DNA of 64,000 nucleotides from Oscillospiraceae bacterium (GTDB lineage Bacteria; Bacillota; Clostridia; Oscillospirales; Acutalibacteraceae): NCBI GenBank assembly GCA_029012445.1, contig JAQXMC010000012.1, positions 4,293 to 68,292 of the forward strand, read 5' to 3'. Shown piece by piece: positions 63,194 to 64,000 of this stretch (position 1 is its first letter; each line of letters starts with the position of its first letter). The notes under the pieces were generated by a model. It saw only the letters and a program-made list of their open reading frames with translations, ran no database searches and was not told where the DNA came from. The position numbers and the translations under genes were made by a program.

Positions 63194-64000
63194 ATGAAAA
63201 TTATCGAAAATGACGGTCATAGCCCTCAGCCCCGGGAACAGGAAAAGCAGTTTTCTTCACCCGAGGACGCGGAAAGGGAAAGAATGAAGACCGACGAGGG
63301 CGGCTCGGAATATTTCAAAAATTTCGGTGAAGCTGATACCGATTCGTACACGGACATTTCTTCAGACAGCGAGCCTGATGAAAAGACGGAAATCCACGCT
63401 GAAATCACACAGTACGAGGACATCAGCAGCAATTCAGAGCCTCCCGCTCCGGAGGAAGGCGCCGACGAGACGGAAGAAAAGAAAATGAACTTCTTCGTCA
63501 GCCTTTGGAAGAACAAGAGAAGAAGAGCAAAGCTCGGTTACGCTATCGTCTGCGTGGTGATGATCGTTGTCGGCGTGGCTTACGGCTTCGTTAACGCAAT
63601 GCTTGACAAAATCGAAGATGAGCCGACGACAACCTCGGCGGACGCAGACGCCGATCCCGCCGCGTCAAAGGATGTTATCTATGATGAGGACGATTTTGAA
63701 CTGTTCTCCGCTATCGGCTCCGCAAGCAGCATGAACGACTACCTCAAGCAGTGGTATAACGCCGGCGAGCCGATGCAGTCAAGAAATGTCATAAATGTGC
63801 TCCTTCTCGGTCTTGACTCAAAACACGGTCTTGAAGACGGCGGAAGAAGCGACACGATGATGCTCGTTTCGCTGAACACGAAAACGAAAAAGATCCACAT
63901 GGTTTCTTTCTTCCGCGACAGCTGGGTTTATTTCAAAACGACCGACGGCGGCGAATATTATAACAAGATGAACTGCGCTTATTTTTACGGAAAGAGCGCC
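63194..64000 (+). CDS. LytR-CpsA-Psr (LCP) family protein, N-terminal 269 aa (3' end beyond window)
   Basis: Acidic cytoplasmic N-terminus, TM (LGYAIVCVVMIVVGVAYGFV), then NVLLLGLDS...GGRSDTMMLVSLN. It is open to the window edge, so it is absent from the ORF track. Confidence 0.8.
   Translation, partial: MKIIENDGHSPQPREQEKQFSSPEDAERERMKTDEGGSEYFKNFGEADTDSYTDISSDSEPDEKTEIHAEITQYEDISSNSEPPAPEEGADETEEKKMNFFVSLWKNKRRRAKLGYAIVCVVMIVVGVAYGFVNAMLDKIEDEPTTTSADADADPAASKDVIYDEDDFELFSAIGSASSMNDYLKQWYNAGEPMQSRNVINVLLLGLDSKHGLEDGGRSDTMMLVSLNTKTKKIHMVSFFRDSWVYFKTTDGGEYYNKMNCAYFYGKSA

Overview
This is a roughly 50% GC Firmicutes chromosome segment, Clostridia-like in gene content, and it covers the replication-origin neighbourhood.

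**Gene content**
- 0-14.6 kb: almost everything is on the minus strand. This includes murD (partial), an EamA transporter, tmRNA-smpB, recR-ybaB-dnaX with an SRP RNA, rpsF-ssb-rpsR, queH, two paralogous lipoprotein-like genes, rplM-rpsI and a Cys-rich repeat protein. Only tRNA-Thr is on plus.
- 15-53 kb: mostly plus-strand housekeeping and accessory genes. These are L-serine dehydratase, a GH29 fucosidase, asnA, a radical SAM enzyme, a LysM/G5/M23 peptidase, prfA-tsaC-coaE, an M18 aminopeptidase, secA, a lipid-hydrolase locus, a tagD plus GT2-GT2-LicD cell-envelope locus, and a five-gene SCP2-like / aminotransferase / split-transketolase operon.
- 53-64 kb: dnaA, an oriC-like spacer, dnaN, yaaA, recF, remB, gyrB, two YcxB-like genes, gyrA and a partial LCP gene.

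**Signals not visible in the >=60 aa ORF track**
1. Six short ORFs of 33-43 codons sit in five complete promoter-SD-ORF-terminator units and encode aromatic-rich amphipathic peptides.
2. A modular MITE-like intergenic repeat occurs in 5 copies. Two copies are bracketed by duplicated, locus-specific terminator hairpins.
3. A 26-nt GC-rich REP-like hairpin occurs in 4 copies, two of them inverted around asnA.

**Other notable features**
- an XRE-HTH/TM/lipase fusion protein
- an LCAT-like hydrolase with Cys at the nucleophile elbow
- a GT2-GT2-LicD fusion
- a gene-orientation switch at about 15 kb that does not coincide with the dnaA-dnaN DnaA-box cluster

No CRISPR array, rRNA, integrase or transposase was seen. 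All calls come from reading the sequence and translations. No database search or numerical computation was run.
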